Both the position numbers and the translations under genes were made by a program. Shown in pieces: positions 35,842-45,908 of a DNA stretch of 59,525 nt (its first letter is position 1; every line of letters begins with the position of its first letter). The stretch comes from Methylophilaceae bacterium (GTDB lineage Bacteria; Pseudomonadota; Gammaproteobacteria; Burkholderiales; Methylophilaceae): NCBI GenBank assembly GCA_043772865.1, contig JAYVFU010000010.1:1-59525 (forward strand). Reading direction: 5' to 3'. The notes beneath the pieces are model-generated. The model worked only from the letters and a program-made list of their open reading frames with translations, searched no databases and was not told where the DNA came from.

Positions 35842-36291
35842 TTAGCCAATAATAAATAAAGGCTCGCCATATTCAACGGGCTGGCCATTTTCAACTAGGA
35901 TTTTTTTTATGACACCAGCAAAATCTGATTCAATTTCATTCAGCAATTTCATCGCTTCAATAATGCAAATCGTTTCACCTACACCCACGCTACTACCCAC
36001 ATCTACAAAGGCTTTAGCTTCTGGCGATGATGAGCGATAGAATGTACCCACCATAGGTGATTTCACTACATGACCTTCAATTTCAATTGGGGTTTCTACC
36101 GCAGCCACTACAGGTGCAGCGGCTATCGCAACTGCTTGAGGTGCCGCTGCATAATGCATTACTGGCGTTGCGTGTTGCGGCATCATGCTACGGCTAATGC
36201 GTACTTTTTCTTCGCCTTCTGTCAGTTCTAATTCAGAAATACCAGATTCTTCGACTAAATCGATGAGTTTTTTTAGTTTACGTAAATCCAT
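35842..36291 (-). CDS. accB: Acetyl-CoA carboxylase biotin carboxyl carrier protein
   Basis: 149 aa with an Ala/Pro linker and the biotinylation motif EAMKL. Confidence 0.96.
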   Translation of the reverse strand: MDLRKLKKLIDLVEESGISELELTEGEEKVRISRSMMPQHATPVMHYAAAPQAVAIAAAPVVAAVETPIEIEGHVVKSPMVGTFYRSSSPEAKAFVDVGSSVGVGETICIIEAMKLLNEIESDFAGVIKKILVENGQPVEYGEPLFIIG

Positions 36292-36393
36292 GTGATGTCT
36301 CCTAAAGCTATGATTTTTATATATTAGAAATTATGTATTGCAGCTTATCTGTAATGTATTTTTTTGTATTTAAAGTTGGAAGTTAAAGCAGTG

Positions 36394-36867
36394 TTATTCA
36401 AAACTTGATTTATTAATCACATAATCTAGTGCTGCTACATAGCCTTGCGCGCCTAAACCGCTAATAACGCCTATTGCAATATCAGTAAAGTATGAGTGAT
36501 GTCTAAACGCCTCGCGTGCGTAAACGTTAGAAAGATGCACTTCGATAAACGGCACTTTAACAGCGGATAGCGCATCACGCATTGCAATGGATGTATGCGT
36601 AAAAGCTGCTGGATTAATAATGACATAATCGACGGAGTTAGTCGCTAATGACTGTATTTTAGCAACTAGTTCTGCTTCAGCATTACTCTGATAGGTTTCT
36701 AGTGTAATGCCTGCGGTTTTGGCTTTTGTAGCCAAACTTTCATTAATGCTTGTCAACGTTGTATTGCCATAATGCTCAGGCTCGCGTAAACCCAATAAAT
36801 TGAGGTTTGGACCATGCAACACCAATACAGATTTGGTTTTAGTGCTCTCTATTACAGCATTAGTCAT
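36394..36867 (-). CDS. aroQ: Type II 3-dehydroquinate dehydratase
   Basis: 157 aa containing [15 protein letters not shown]. It sits in the aroQ-accB-accC arrangement. Confidence 0.95.
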   Translation of the reverse strand: MTNAVIESTKTKSVLVLHGPNLNLLGLREPEHYGNTTLTSINESLATKAKTAGITLETYQSNAEAELVAKIQSLATNSVDYVIINPAAFTHTSIAMRDALSAVKVPFIEVHLSNVYAREAFRHHSYFTDIAIGVISGLGAQGYVAALDYVINKSSFE

Positions 36868-37105
36868 GACAAATAACCTGCCAATAATTTGGCATTTTTA
36901 TGGTATTTTTTAGTAAATTTGGTGATTTGTATTGCAGGTGGCTAAAATTCATAAACTGAAGTTTGCCGAAATTAAGCGGTTTTGTCTAGCGGTATAAGTG
37001 TAATTAAGCGAAATTGGTCTGTAAAGGAATGGTATAAGTTAGTAGTTAAGTCTCCTAAACTAAGCTTTTAAAAAGGTAAGAAAAGATCAATAGAACATTG
37101 CTGTT

Positions 37106-37669
37106 TTATAGCAATTTAGCTAGGGTTTCTTCTAACAGTGGTTTAGTCACACGACCAAAATAGGTTTTAGCAACAGTGCCATCTGGTTTAATAACCAGCG
37201 TAAAAGGCAATACACCTTTATCATTTCCTAAGCCAGCTGCAAGCCCCATGCCTTCTACTTCTGCTGCAAGCAGTGGGTAGCTTACTTTAATGGCACCTGC
37301 TTTTGTATCGTTTACAAAAGCTTTTACGGCATCCATTTCATCAATCGCAATGCCAATCACGACCACATTGCGGTTTTGAAACTTTGTGTTTAATGCAGAT
37401 AATTCGGGCATTTCTTCACGACAGGGTGGGCACCAAGTCGCCCAAAAATTCAGCACAATTATTTTACCTTGCCATTGTTTAAGTGCTTGAGTTTTGCCAT
37501 TAGGATCAGGTATTTTCGCAGCAAATAAAGCTTGAGTAGAAAGCGCGCTGGTTTGACTAGTTGATGTAGAGCTATTTAAGTTAGGCTTAATAAGCCAATA
37601 GAAAATGGCAAAGCCCAGCACTGCAATAATCATCAAGTAAATAATGGTAGCGCGTATATTTTTTAGCAT
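37106..37669 (-). CDS. TlpA/ResA-family periplasmic thiol:disulfide oxidoreductase
   Basis: 187 aa with an N-terminal TM anchor and a WCPPC active site, directly downstream of dsbD. Confidence 0.88.
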   Translation of the reverse strand: MLKNIRATIIYLMIIAVLGFAIFYWLIKPNLNSSTSTSQTSALSTQALFAAKIPDPNGKTQALKQWQGKIIVLNFWATWCPPCREEMPELSALNTKFQNRNVVVIGIAIDEMDAVKAFVNDTKAGAIKVSYPLLAAEVEGMGLAAGLGNDKGVLPFTLVIKPDGTVAKTYFGRVTKPLLEETLAKLL

Positions 37670-37678
37670 GTTGTGGCT

Positions 37679-39403
37679 TTACTTGAGTTGCTTAGTAGTT
37701 AATAAGAATTTTTCAGCATTTTGAAAGCCAATCACTTTTAAGTTTTTTAATTCTTGTCCTTGCTTATCAAAAAACAAGATGCCTGGTGGCCCATATAAGC
37801 CAAAGCGTTTTAGTAAAGCTTTATCATCGTTTGAATTAGCTGTTACATCCGCTTGCAAAACAACAGTATTTTTAAGCGATTGTTGCACTTCACTGTTGCT
37901 AAATGTGAGTTTTTCCATTTCTTTACAGGCCACACACCAGTCTGCATAAAAATCTAGCATGACAGATTTACCGCGGGAATTAGCAATATGTACATCTAAA
38001 TCTGCAACATTTTTTATGCGCGTAAATTGCAATGCAGTTGTCTGCTGGTGACCAATCAGCTTAGCAAAGAACGGTGTGGCAATTGGCGAGATTATATAAA
38101 CTGCCATGGCTAACATCAGCACGCCAAATAAGTTGCGTACTGCATTCATCCATTTGCCCGTTTTAGGCAGTAACGTACCAGCCGATGCCCCTATTAACAG
38201 TAAAGGTATGCCCATACCAATAGCAAGTGCGAATAAGGCAAAACCACCCAGCACGACATTATGCGTTTGGCTAATGTAGATCAAAGCACCTGCTAGTGGT
38301 GCGGCTATACAGGGGCTAACAATGAGTGCAGATAAAGCGCCCATAACAAACACACCTAAAAACTGCCCACCTTTTAAGCGGCTACTGGCATTTAATATGC
38401 GGCTTTCAATGGCATGTGGCAATTTAAGTTCGTAAAAACCAAACATAGAAAATGCAAGTAACACAAAAACAACAGCGCTAGCACTAAGTACCCAAGGATT
38501 TTGTAGTGAATTACTAATTAAATTTCCTGTTAAGCCTGCAGCTATGCCCGCAAGTGTGTAGCTTAGCGCCATGCCCGATACATAAGCGACTGATAGACCG
38601 AAGCTGTGTAGTTTACTTGTTGGTTTATCGCCAGCGGATTTTTTGCTACCAATAATAATGCTCGATAAAATTGGAATCATCGGCAATACACAAGGGGTAA
38701 GTGATAGCAACAAACCCGCACCAAAAAACACCGTGACTATAAGCCCAATATTGCCAGATTTAAGTACGGAGTTAGTTTTGTCGTCGTTATTGCCAGTTGC
38801 AGAGCTTGCAATTGCAGATGTGCCAGTTGGTAAATCTATACTATTCACTTTGTTAATAGGCGCATAACATAAGCCTTTTTCGCTACAACCTTGATAACCT
38901 GCATTCATATTAACAGTGTTGCCAGTTACTTTATCTAACTTGATGGTGGCAATAAAATCATGGTGGTACACTTCCATTTTGCCAAAATTTGGGTCGTCTT
39001 TTATTTCGCCTTTTGGTAGATTAATTTCTGTAATGCTGGCATCTTTAGTGCTAAATTTAATGCGGTCATGATACAAATAGTAGGTGGGCACTACCGTAAA
39101 TTTAGCTTGCAAAGTGTTTGCATCAACGGCGGTTATGTTGACCTTAAATGCTTGATCGGGCGGCAAAAAATCATCTTCAGCGTTTGCTGAGCTGTTATTC
39201 TCGCTAAATGGGTTTGCTGCAAATGCAGTGGGTGTATTAAGCAAACTTACGCAAAACAAAATACTATACAAAAGCGTAGCAAATAATTTTTTAACATCAT
39301 TAAAAGATGATTTCAAGGTCGATTTTTCCTGTAAGTTGGTGCTTTGGACTTTTATTTTTGGCATTGTAATGTTGGTATTGTAATTTTGCGCATCAGTCAC
39401 CAA
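37679..39403 (-). CDS. dsbD: Thiol:disulfide interchange protein DsbD
   Basis: It has an N-terminal Ig-like domain (GCSEKGLCYAP), a TM core with CVLPM and SPCIAAP, and a C-terminal thioredoxin domain with WCVACK. The start is either TTG at 39403 or ATG at 39364. Confidence 0.93.
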   Translation of the reverse strand: MVTDAQNYNTNITMPKIKVQSTNLQEKSTLKSSFNDVKKLFATLLYSILFCVSLLNTPTAFAANPFSENNSSANAEDDFLPPDQAFKVNITAVDANTLQAKFTVVPTYYLYHDRIKFSTKDASITEINLPKGEIKDDPNFGKMEVYHHDFIATIKLDKVTGNTVNMNAGYQGCSEKGLCYAPINKVNSIDLPTGTSAIASSATGNNDDKTNSVLKSGNIGLIVTVFFGAGLLLSLTPCVLPMIPILSSIIIGSKKSAGDKPTSKLHSFGLSVAYVSGMALSYTLAGIAAGLTGNLISNSLQNPWVLSASAVVFVLLAFSMFGFYELKLPHAIESRILNASSRLKGGQFLGVFVMGALSALIVSPCIAAPLAGALIYISQTHNVVLGGFALFALAIGMGIPLLLIGASAGTLLPKTGKWMNAVRNLFGVLMLAMAVYIISPIATPFFAKLIGHQQTTALQFTRIKNVADLDVHIANSRGKSVMLDFYADWCVACKEMEKLTFSNSEVQQSLKNTVVLQADVTANSNDDKALLKRFGLYGPPGILFFDKQGQELKNLKVIGFQNAEKFLLTTKQLK

Positions 39404-39493
39404 CTTATATTGAACGTTATATTTTTAAGAAGTTCTAGAATGACTCTTGCCATATGCGTATAACGTTGATGGCAGTTTAGTCGAAAGTACACA

Positions 39494-39988
39494 ATGCGTT
39501 TTTTAATAGGTTTAATTTTACTCGCTTTTCCAGTTGCAGAGATATGGCTGCTCCTTGAGTTAGCGCATCGTTATGGTTGGTGGCTATTACTTTATTTAGT
39601 CGTAGTTGGATTTCTAGGCTTACAACTGATTCGTGAAGAGAAATTGCTCATTAGTGGTCGCATGATGCAAGCGCTAGCTTCTGGCGGCAACCCAATCAAA
39701 GCGTTGGTAGGCAGTGCTCGTAATTTTGTTGTTGGTGTTTTGCTGATTATTCCAGGAGTCATCACTGATGTAATTGCTGTAGTTTTGCTACTGATACCTG
39801 TTGAAAAAATCAAATCCCCGCTTAAGTCTCCATTTAATCAAAATAGCCAAGAAAATGTAAGTTATGGGGCTAATGAACAGACTAACTATAATTCCAGCTA
39901 TAAAGATGCTGATTTTAAAAATAGTCCTAAAAAAGCCGCTAACGATGACATCATTGAAGGTGAGTTTACCGAAATAAAAGATGAGTAA
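39494..39988 (+). CDS. fxsA: FxsA family membrane protein
   Basis: 164 aa. The N-terminus FPVAEIWLLLEL plus the TM pattern is typical of FxsA. Confidence 0.85.
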   Translation: MRFLIGLILLAFPVAEIWLLLELAHRYGWWLLLYLVVVGFLGLQLIREEKLLISGRMMQALASGGNPIKALVGSARNFVVGVLLIIPGVITDVIAVVLLLIPVEKIKSPLKSPFNQNSQENVSYGANEQTNYNSSYKDADFKNSPKKAANDDIIEGEFTEIKDE

Positions 39989-40024
39989 ATATTAGTAAAA
40001 AGCTTAATGTATAGAAAGTAATAT

Positions 40025-41074
40025 ATGAGTCATGGCGTTAATAGTGTAGTCAATGTACAGCCTAGTGATCACACCTTTGAGGTGCGTCCTAGCCAAACCG
40101 TATTAGAGGCCGCCATAGAAGCAGGCATTAATCTACCATACGGTTGCCGTAATGGTGCGTGTGGCTCTTGTAAAGGCAAAGTTTTACAAGGCACCGTTGT
40201 ACACGATGATTATCAAGCTAGTGCCATGAGTGATGCTGAGTTGGCAACAGGCAGCGCTTTATTTTGTTGTGCAAGACCGATGAGCGATCTAACCATTGAG
40301 TGCCGCGAAGTAGGCGGACTTAACGGCATCAAGCCACGTATTTTGCCAGCGCGGGTGCAATTGATGGAAAGGCTCACAACTGATGTAATGGCCTTGCACC
40401 TTAAATTACCCAGTACCGAAAAACTACAGTTTTTAGCAGGTCAATATATTGAGTTTTTGTTGAAAGACGGTAAACGCCGCGCATTTTCACTGGCTAATGC
40501 GCCACATGATGATGACACTTTGCAATTACACATACGCGCTGTTGCCAATGGCGAATTTACGCAATATGTGTTTAACGATTTAAAAGAAAAAGCCATCATG
40601 CGTATAGAAGCGCCTTTTGGCAGTTTTTATCTGCGCGAAGATTCAAAAAAGCCAATTATTTTTGTAGTGGGCGGCACAGGTTTTGCGCCAGTTAAAGGCA
40701 TGATTGAACATATGCTATATAACAATATTCATCGCGAAGTGATTTTGTACCGTGGTGGACGGACCGCAAATGATTTATACATGAACGAGCTATGCGAAAA
40801 ATGGGCAGAAATGATGCCAAATATTTGCTATGTACCAGTAGTCAATCAGCCAGATACCGCTTGGCAAGGCCGCACAGGGCTAGTGCATCAGGCAGTCCTA
40901 AATGATGTTGCAGACTTATCAGCGTATCAAGTTTATGCTTGTGGCGCACCAGGTATGGTGGATATTGTACATCAAACTTTTGTAGCACAAGGCTTACCAG
41001 CCGATGAGTTTTTCTCTGATGCGTTTACATTTGCGCATCCAACGCCAAATCTTCAGCCATCAGTTAATGTTTAA
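40025..41074 (+). CDS. 2Fe-2S ferredoxin / FAD / NAD(P)H oxidoreductase (AscD / phenol-hydroxylase-reductase-like)
   Basis: 349 aa with the plant-type cluster motif CRNGACGSCKGKV...C, the flavin motif RAFSLAN and the NAD motif GGTGFAP. Confidence 0.85.
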   Translation: MSHGVNSVVNVQPSDHTFEVRPSQTVLEAAIEAGINLPYGCRNGACGSCKGKVLQGTVVHDDYQASAMSDAELATGSALFCCARPMSDLTIECREVGGLNGIKPRILPARVQLMERLTTDVMALHLKLPSTEKLQFLAGQYIEFLLKDGKRRAFSLANAPHDDDTLQLHIRAVANGEFTQYVFNDLKEKAIMRIEAPFGSFYLREDSKKPIIFVVGGTGFAPVKGMIEHMLYNNIHREVILYRGGRTANDLYMNELCEKWAEMMPNICYVPVVNQPDTAWQGRTGLVHQAVLNDVADLSAYQVYACGAPGMVDIVHQTFVAQGLPADEFFSDAFTFAHPTPNLQPSVNV

Positions 41075-41089
41075 ATCGTTGTAATTCAT

Positions 41090-41137
41090 ACTTTCGTCAT
41101 TACAGCGTAGGCGGGAATGACGAAAGTAAAGTTTTTT
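41090..41137 (+). terminator. Intrinsic terminator after the reductase gene
   Basis: Perfect 12-nt arms actttcgtcatt / aatgacgaaagt flank a 14-nt loop, followed by aaagtttttt. Confidence 0.6.
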
Positions 41138-41165
41138 GAACGAGGGCGCATTAGTCCAAAGACTT

Positions 41166-41948
41166 CTATTTAAGCGCATCTATTAGTAACTCCAACATCG
41201 CTACATCACCCCCCGTTACCGCAACTCGAACTTGTAAACCTAAACTAAGTGCAGGTTCTGCAACGCGCGCATGATTAACACAAATGATGATGTATTTTAA
41301 CCAATGTGCAGAGTCTGCCATTTCCAGCAAATAGCGCATGGCTTCAGAACTTGTAACTACAATGGCGTGCAATTGTTGGTTTTGCCATAAGCGCTCTAAT
41401 GCTAAACAATTGGTTTGCGGATTAGTGCGTTGGTAGCTTTCTGCAAATGTAACTTGTGCGCCACGCGCTTTAAGCGAATCGGCTAATAATTCACGCCCAC
41501 CCACCCCACGAAATAACATGATATTTTGACCATCGACTGCCTGCATTTCGGGTAGCGCAAGTAAGGATTCACTATCAAATCTGTCTTGCGGCGTAAGTAC
41601 TTGATTAACGCCAAACGTCATTAATTCTGTTGCTGTGACAGGACCAATGGCGGCAAATTTTAATTGCGGTAATTGGTGTATGTCGTTAAATTGCTCAATC
41701 ATGCGCGGCATAGCATTTTGTACGGCATTGGAGCTAATAAAGATTGCCCAGTCGAACCGACGTAGTGGAGCAATCGATAGGTTGAATGCGGTGTAATCAT
41801 CTAATTCGGTAATTTCAATGAGCGAAAAACTAATGGGTGTGCCGCCCTGAGCGGTAATGAGCGCATTAAGTTTTTGTGCTTGATCAACGGGGCGCGTTAC
41901 AGCAATGCCCTTGTTTGCCAGCGGTTTGATTAATTGTTGATGTGACAT
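41166..41948 (-). CDS. hemD: Uroporphyrinogen-III synthase
   Basis: 260 aa, directly downstream of hemC, with HemD-like sequence. Confidence 0.88.
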   Translation of the reverse strand: MSHQQLIKPLANKGIAVTRPVDQAQKLNALITAQGGTPISFSLIEITELDDYTAFNLSIAPLRRFDWAIFISSNAVQNAMPRMIEQFNDIHQLPQLKFAAIGPVTATELMTFGVNQVLTPQDRFDSESLLALPEMQAVDGQNIMLFRGVGGRELLADSLKARGAQVTFAESYQRTNPQTNCLALERLWQNQQLHAIVVTSSEAMRYLLEMADSAHWLKYIIICVNHARVAEPALSLGLQVRVAVTGGDVAMLELLIDALK

Positions 41949-41971
41949 TTTAAATGCGCAAATGACTTAAT

Positions 41972-42919
41972 CTAATGAGGCAGAGCAGCCAAAATTGCAC
42001 CTGCGCCGATTGCCAACAATTTATCTGCTAATTGCTGGCCTAGTGTTTCAGCAGCATAGGCTGATCCAGTCACTGTTTCCCGCAACATTTGTTTGCCATC
42101 TATGCTGGCTACAAAGCCTGTAATGTTAATAATCCCTTCTTTTTTTGTTGCAAAAGCGCCTAATGGCACGGTGCAACTACCAGCTAAGGCACGGCTAAAG
42201 CCACGCTCAGCCTCAACGCATTGTTGTGTATCCAGGTGATTAAGTGGTGCAAGCACTTCAAGTAAATCGGTGCGACTGGCTTTTATTTCGATGCCTAATG
42301 CACCTTGCCCAACCGCAGGAATACTCAATTCTGGTGAAATAGTATCGCGAATACGTGCACTTAAACCTAAACGAATCAAGCCAGCTGCTGCTAGAATAAT
42401 CGCCGCATATTGACCTTCATCTAGTTTACGTAAACGCGTTTGTAAATTACCACGTAGAGACTCTATTTTCAAATGTGGTAAACGCCCTTGTAATTGGCTT
42501 TGGCGGCGCAGGCTAGACGTGCCTACAATGCTGCCATGTGGTAAATCTTCTAGTTTGGCAAAATCATTAGATACAAACGCATCACGTGGATCTTCTCGTT
42601 CACCTGTTGCCGCCATCGCAAAGCCATCAGGTAAATTCATGGGTACGTCTTTCATGCTATGAACGGCTAAATCAGCGCGGCCGTCTTCTAAAGCCATTTC
42701 TAGTTCTTTTACAAACAAACCTTTACCACCAACTTTAGCGAGTGGAATATCTAAAATTTGATCACCAGTGGTGGTCATGCCTAAAATTTGTACGTCGCAG
42801 TGTGGGTATAAAGTTTGTAAACGGCTTTGAATATGCTTTGCCTGCCACATGGCAAGTGCACTTTCACGTGAGGCAATGACAAGCTTTTGTGGTGGAGTAA
42901 ATACAGTTTTATTGTTCAT
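41972..42919 (-). CDS. hemC: Hydroxymethylbilane synthase (porphobilinogen deaminase)
   Basis: 315 aa containing [13 protein letters not shown] and GTSSLRR. Confidence 0.97.
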   Translation of the reverse strand: MNNKTVFTPPQKLVIASRESALAMWQAKHIQSRLQTLYPHCDVQILGMTTTGDQILDIPLAKVGGKGLFVKELEMALEDGRADLAVHSMKDVPMNLPDGFAMAATGEREDPRDAFVSNDFAKLEDLPHGSIVGTSSLRRQSQLQGRLPHLKIESLRGNLQTRLRKLDEGQYAAIILAAAGLIRLGLSARIRDTISPELSIPAVGQGALGIEIKASRTDLLEVLAPLNHLDTQQCVEAERGFSRALAGSCTVPLGAFATKKEGIINITGFVASIDGKQMLRETVTGSAYAAETLGQQLADKLLAIGAGAILAALPH

Positions 42920-43074
42920 AAACTTAATTTTAACACACGCTTAAGTGTTACAAATAGTCGTCAATGCGCTAGAGTTTAAGTTAAATTGCTTGCTAATTAG
43001 TAGTAGAATTGTTGTTAGTAGCCGATTATTTCTTAGATTTAATCTCAAAATACAAAGATTTTTAGGAGAGTGAT

Positions 43075-43752
43075 ATGCGATATCAATTGGATATTTTTCT
43101 AGCTTCATTAAATGAGTTTTGGCTACAGCTGATTAATTTTATGCCTAAATTATTAGCTGCAATCGTTATTATATTTTTTGGCTGGTTATTGGCTATGTTA
43201 GCCAGAGCAGCCGTTAGACGGATTTTACAACTCACGCATTTTGACAAACTGACGCAAAAATCAGGTTTAGAAGCGTTTATGAGTAGTGGTAATATTCAAC
43301 TCACTTTATGCGATATTGTGAGCCATGTAGTGTATTGGCTAGTGATAGTGTTGTTTATTATTACAGGCGCTGATACCTTAGGCTTGACTGGCGTTGCTGA
43401 TTTATTCCATCAATTAGCTAACTATTTGCCACATATTATTTTGGCTATATTAATCATGGTTTTTGGTACTTTGCTAGCGCGATTTGTGAATAAACTAGTC
43501 TTTGCTTGGCTTTATAGTCTTAAGATAGCCAATGCCTTGGTCATCAGCACATCAGCTGAATATTGCATCCAAATTTTGGCGATATTTGTAGCGTTAGAGC
43601 AACTGGGTTTTGGTATGCAACTCATTTACTTACTCTTTTTAATTATTTTTGGTTCTATTTTCTTAGCGCTGGCCCTTGCATTTGGCTTGGGTGGCAGAGA
43701 GTGGGCGGCTAAAGTCATACAAGACGCAACTGCCAACAAAGCTAAAAAGTAA
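43075..43752 (+). CDS. Integral membrane protein with conserved-TM-helix repeats (mechanosensitive-channel-like N-terminal architecture)
   Basis: 225 aa with about 5 TM helices. No catalytic motifs were recognised. Confidence 0.6.
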   Translation: MRYQLDIFLASLNEFWLQLINFMPKLLAAIVIIFFGWLLAMLARAAVRRILQLTHFDKLTQKSGLEAFMSSGNIQLTLCDIVSHVVYWLVIVLFIITGADTLGLTGVADLFHQLANYLPHIILAILIMVFGTLLARFVNKLVFAWLYSLKIANALVISTSAEYCIQILAIFVALEQLGFGMQLIYLLFLIIFGSIFLALALAFGLGGREWAAKVIQDATANKAKK

Positions 43753-43785
43753 TCGTCCAAAGTGTTCATCATTAGCCGTTAAATA

Positions 43786-44589
43786 CTAACTGCGTACTAA
43801 ATGCTGTTGGCGGCGGCTAATGATAATAGTATCTGGAATTTCTTTAAGCAACGCCACCCAATGCATTTCACCACTAGTTACATCATGCTCGCCATATACC
43901 GGGTTGGGCGTTGTATTTACACGTTTTTCATAGCCCGTAATATAGACCTTTGCCACTAGGCAGTTGCGGTGTAGCCTTATAAATTGCTCACCTAAGCCAG
44001 TTTCAGCAAACTCGCTTTCTAATGTGGTGAGCGATTCTTCAATCAGATATTCTTGTGTGGATGTGCGTACGGTCACGTATTTAAGCTCTGCTCTTAAATA
44101 AATAACATCACTTATTGGCACCAATATAATGCGACCGCGCTCGTTAATACTGAAATGGCTACGCGCTTTTCTTAGTGGCTTCATAGCCTCTAGTTGATTA
44201 ACCTTAAGCATGCCCTGAAAAGACCGTGTTTTATCTATGGCCGTTTGTAAGCGTTCTACACGAATAGGTTTGAGGAGATAATCTATTGCATTCAGCTCAA
44301 ATGCCTGTAACGCGTGGTTGTCATAAGCGGTGGTAAAAATAATATGCGGTTTAATGCTAAGTTTCTGTAAATGCGTTGCGGCTTCTATGCCATCCATCAC
44401 GGGCATTCTGATATCCAACAGCAGCAAATGCGGCAGGGTATCATTAGCAATGGTAATGGCCTCCAAGCCATTTTTGGCTTCACCCACTAAAGTTACCTGC
44501 TCGATATCGCTTAGTAAATCTTTTAGGCGATTACGTGCTGGGGCTTCGTCATCGGCTATGGCAATTTTTAATAATGAGTGATTATGCAT
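43786..44589 (-). CDS. algR: LytTR-family response regulator (AlgR-like)
   Basis: 267 aa with a receiver domain (IADDE..LLLDIRMP) plus a LytTR DNA-binding domain. The argH / kinase / regulator / hemC neighbourhood matches the Pseudomonas algZ-algR-hemCD locus. Confidence 0.75.
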   Translation of the reverse strand: MHNHSLLKIAIADDEAPARNRLKDLLSDIEQVTLVGEAKNGLEAITIANDTLPHLLLLDIRMPVMDGIEAATHLQKLSIKPHIIFTTAYDNHALQAFELNAIDYLLKPIRVERLQTAIDKTRSFQGMLKVNQLEAMKPLRKARSHFSINERGRIILVPISDVIYLRAELKYVTVRTSTQEYLIEESLTTLESEFAETGLGEQFIRLHRNCLVAKVYITGYEKRVNTTPNPVYGEHDVTSGEMHWVALLKEIPDTIIISRRQQHLVRS

Positions 44590-45583
44590 GTGCGGTTTTT
44601 AAATGTGGAATCACAATATGGACTTCATACCGACCATTTTTAGAGACTGAAGTTAAGCGTGCTTCCAAATCATAATGCAGCAATAAGCGTTCTTTTATAT
44701 TTACCAGCGCCATTTTATTACCACTATGTTGGTTGTGGCTAATAGCGTAAGGGTTACTGATTAAAATATGAATTTCTTTAGCGAGCGATTTTACATTAAT
44801 GATAATTTCGCCGCCATCTGGTAATGGCTCAATACCATGATATACCGCATTTTCTAGCAAAGGCTGTAATACTAACGGCGGTATTAAGGCGTCTGGTGGC
44901 ATATTGTCAATTTGCCATGTCATGTTGAGTCGTTCTTCTAGGCGTAGTTTTTCGAGTGCTAAATATTGCCGGCATAAGGCAATTTCTTGGGCTAGCGGTA
45001 CCAAGACACGATTGTCAGCCATCAATACACGAAACAAATCCGCCATATCCTCTAATGCGGTTTCTGCACGCTTTGGCTGGGTGCGTATAAGTGATAACAC
45101 GGCATTGATGCAATTAAATAAAAAATGGGGGCGAATACGTGCCTGCAAAGCCTGTAAACGTGCTTCTGCCACGGCAGGAGAATAAGCCCGCTGCTGCAGA
45201 TTAAAATAATACAACACGATGATAGATATTATTAAAGTAAGCAATACTGGACGAAACTTAGACTGTATGGGATCTAGTATTAATAAATCACTCGTTTGGT
45301 TTAAAAATAATAAAGTAATTAACGGTAACATAGCCAAAATAATCCCACACGCGGCCAAGTAGGGGAGTTTGTTTAAGACACGTTGAGCTGCATAAAGTAA
45401 TAACATACTACAGATAAGAATAGGTAAGACAAACGCCAGTAACGTAGTGAGTGATAACAAAAATCCGCTTAAACCACTAGAAAGCAAAATGGCAGCTAAC
45501 GTGGTGATGCCATTGACGATAATGAGTAGGCGTAAATTCACGCCTAAGTTTCTAAAATTGGGAATGCGGCTACTTTTTCTCAT
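44582..45583 (-). CDS. algZ: LytS/AlgZ(FimS)-type sensor histidine kinase
   Basis: 333 aa with multiple TM helices, then an atypical His-kinase core (RIRPHFLFNCIN, ENAVYHG). It overlaps the regulator gene by 8 nt. Confidence 0.72.
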   Translation of the reverse strand: MRKSSRIPNFRNLGVNLRLLIIVNGITTLAAILLSSGLSGFLLSLTTLLAFVLPILICSMLLLYAAQRVLNKLPYLAACGIILAMLPLITLLFLNQTSDLLILDPIQSKFRPVLLTLIISIIVLYYFNLQQRAYSPAVAEARLQALQARIRPHFLFNCINAVLSLIRTQPKRAETALEDMADLFRVLMADNRVLVPLAQEIALCRQYLALEKLRLEERLNMTWQIDNMPPDALIPPLVLQPLLENAVYHGIEPLPDGGEIIINVKSLAKEIHILISNPYAISHNQHSGNKMALVNIKERLLLHYDLEARLTSVSKNGRYEVHIVIPHLKTAHA

Positions 45584-45622
45584 AGGTATTAGCTCATCAC
45601 ATTAGCTACCATTTTATACAGG

Positions 45623-45724
45623 GTAGGAGCGACGCCCCATCGCGAATGCGATATTTCAAGCGCTGCTGAGGGGCTAAAGCCCCACCTGCTGGAAAGGACA
45701 TTCGGCACGGGGCGTAGCTCCTAC
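45623..45724. repeat. GC-rich REP-like palindromic element
   Basis: The left arm is gtaggagcgacgccccatcgcgaatg (45623-45648). The right arm is cattcggcacggggcgtagctcctac (45699-45724). They are 22/26 complementary, with an inner hairpin ggggc-taaa-gcccc. Confidence 0.75.
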
Positions 45725-45908
45725 AAGTTTTATCGCGCAGATTATAAAAATTTTAACGGTACCATAAGCTAAAAGACATTTTACAAATGGATAGTTAAAT
45801 TTTGTTTTAGTCGTATGACGTTTTATACTTGCACTATTCTTATCAGTAAACGTAAGTGTATCAAAAACAATTCACTATAAAACCAAATCGCGAAAAGTAG
45901 CGCAGGCC

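Noticed and set aside
36970-37039. Collinear duplicated 9-mers aattaagcg (36970, 37002) and ggtataagt (36991, 37031) upstream of aroQ. Similar short direct repeats occur upstream of the cytochrome c gene (ggggttatattt 13061 / ggggtatattt 13086) and around the alkB/CA spacer (ctgtataagtt at about 25839 and 25962).
   Set aside because: Repeats of 9-11 nt at this spacing are expected many times by chance in about 60 kb of AT-rich DNA. There is no independent support such as palindromy, a known motif or tandem structure.
41090-41127. Hairpin containing gcgggaatgacgaa, reminiscent of neisserial cgtcattcccgc (dRS3/NIME-type) repeats
   Set aside because: It is a single copy with only half of the ATTCCC-N8-GGGAAT structure and no flanking duplications. 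The position and T-run fit a plain terminator for the reductase gene.
42855-42875. tttcacgtga inside hemC (actttcacgtgaggca) as a possible fifth parS
   Set aside because: Only 12/16 positions match the consensus and the outer half-sites are lost. It is most likely chance conservation of the CACGTG core within coding sequence. The same applies to tgtttcacgcaaacct in mnmE (about 15884-15899).
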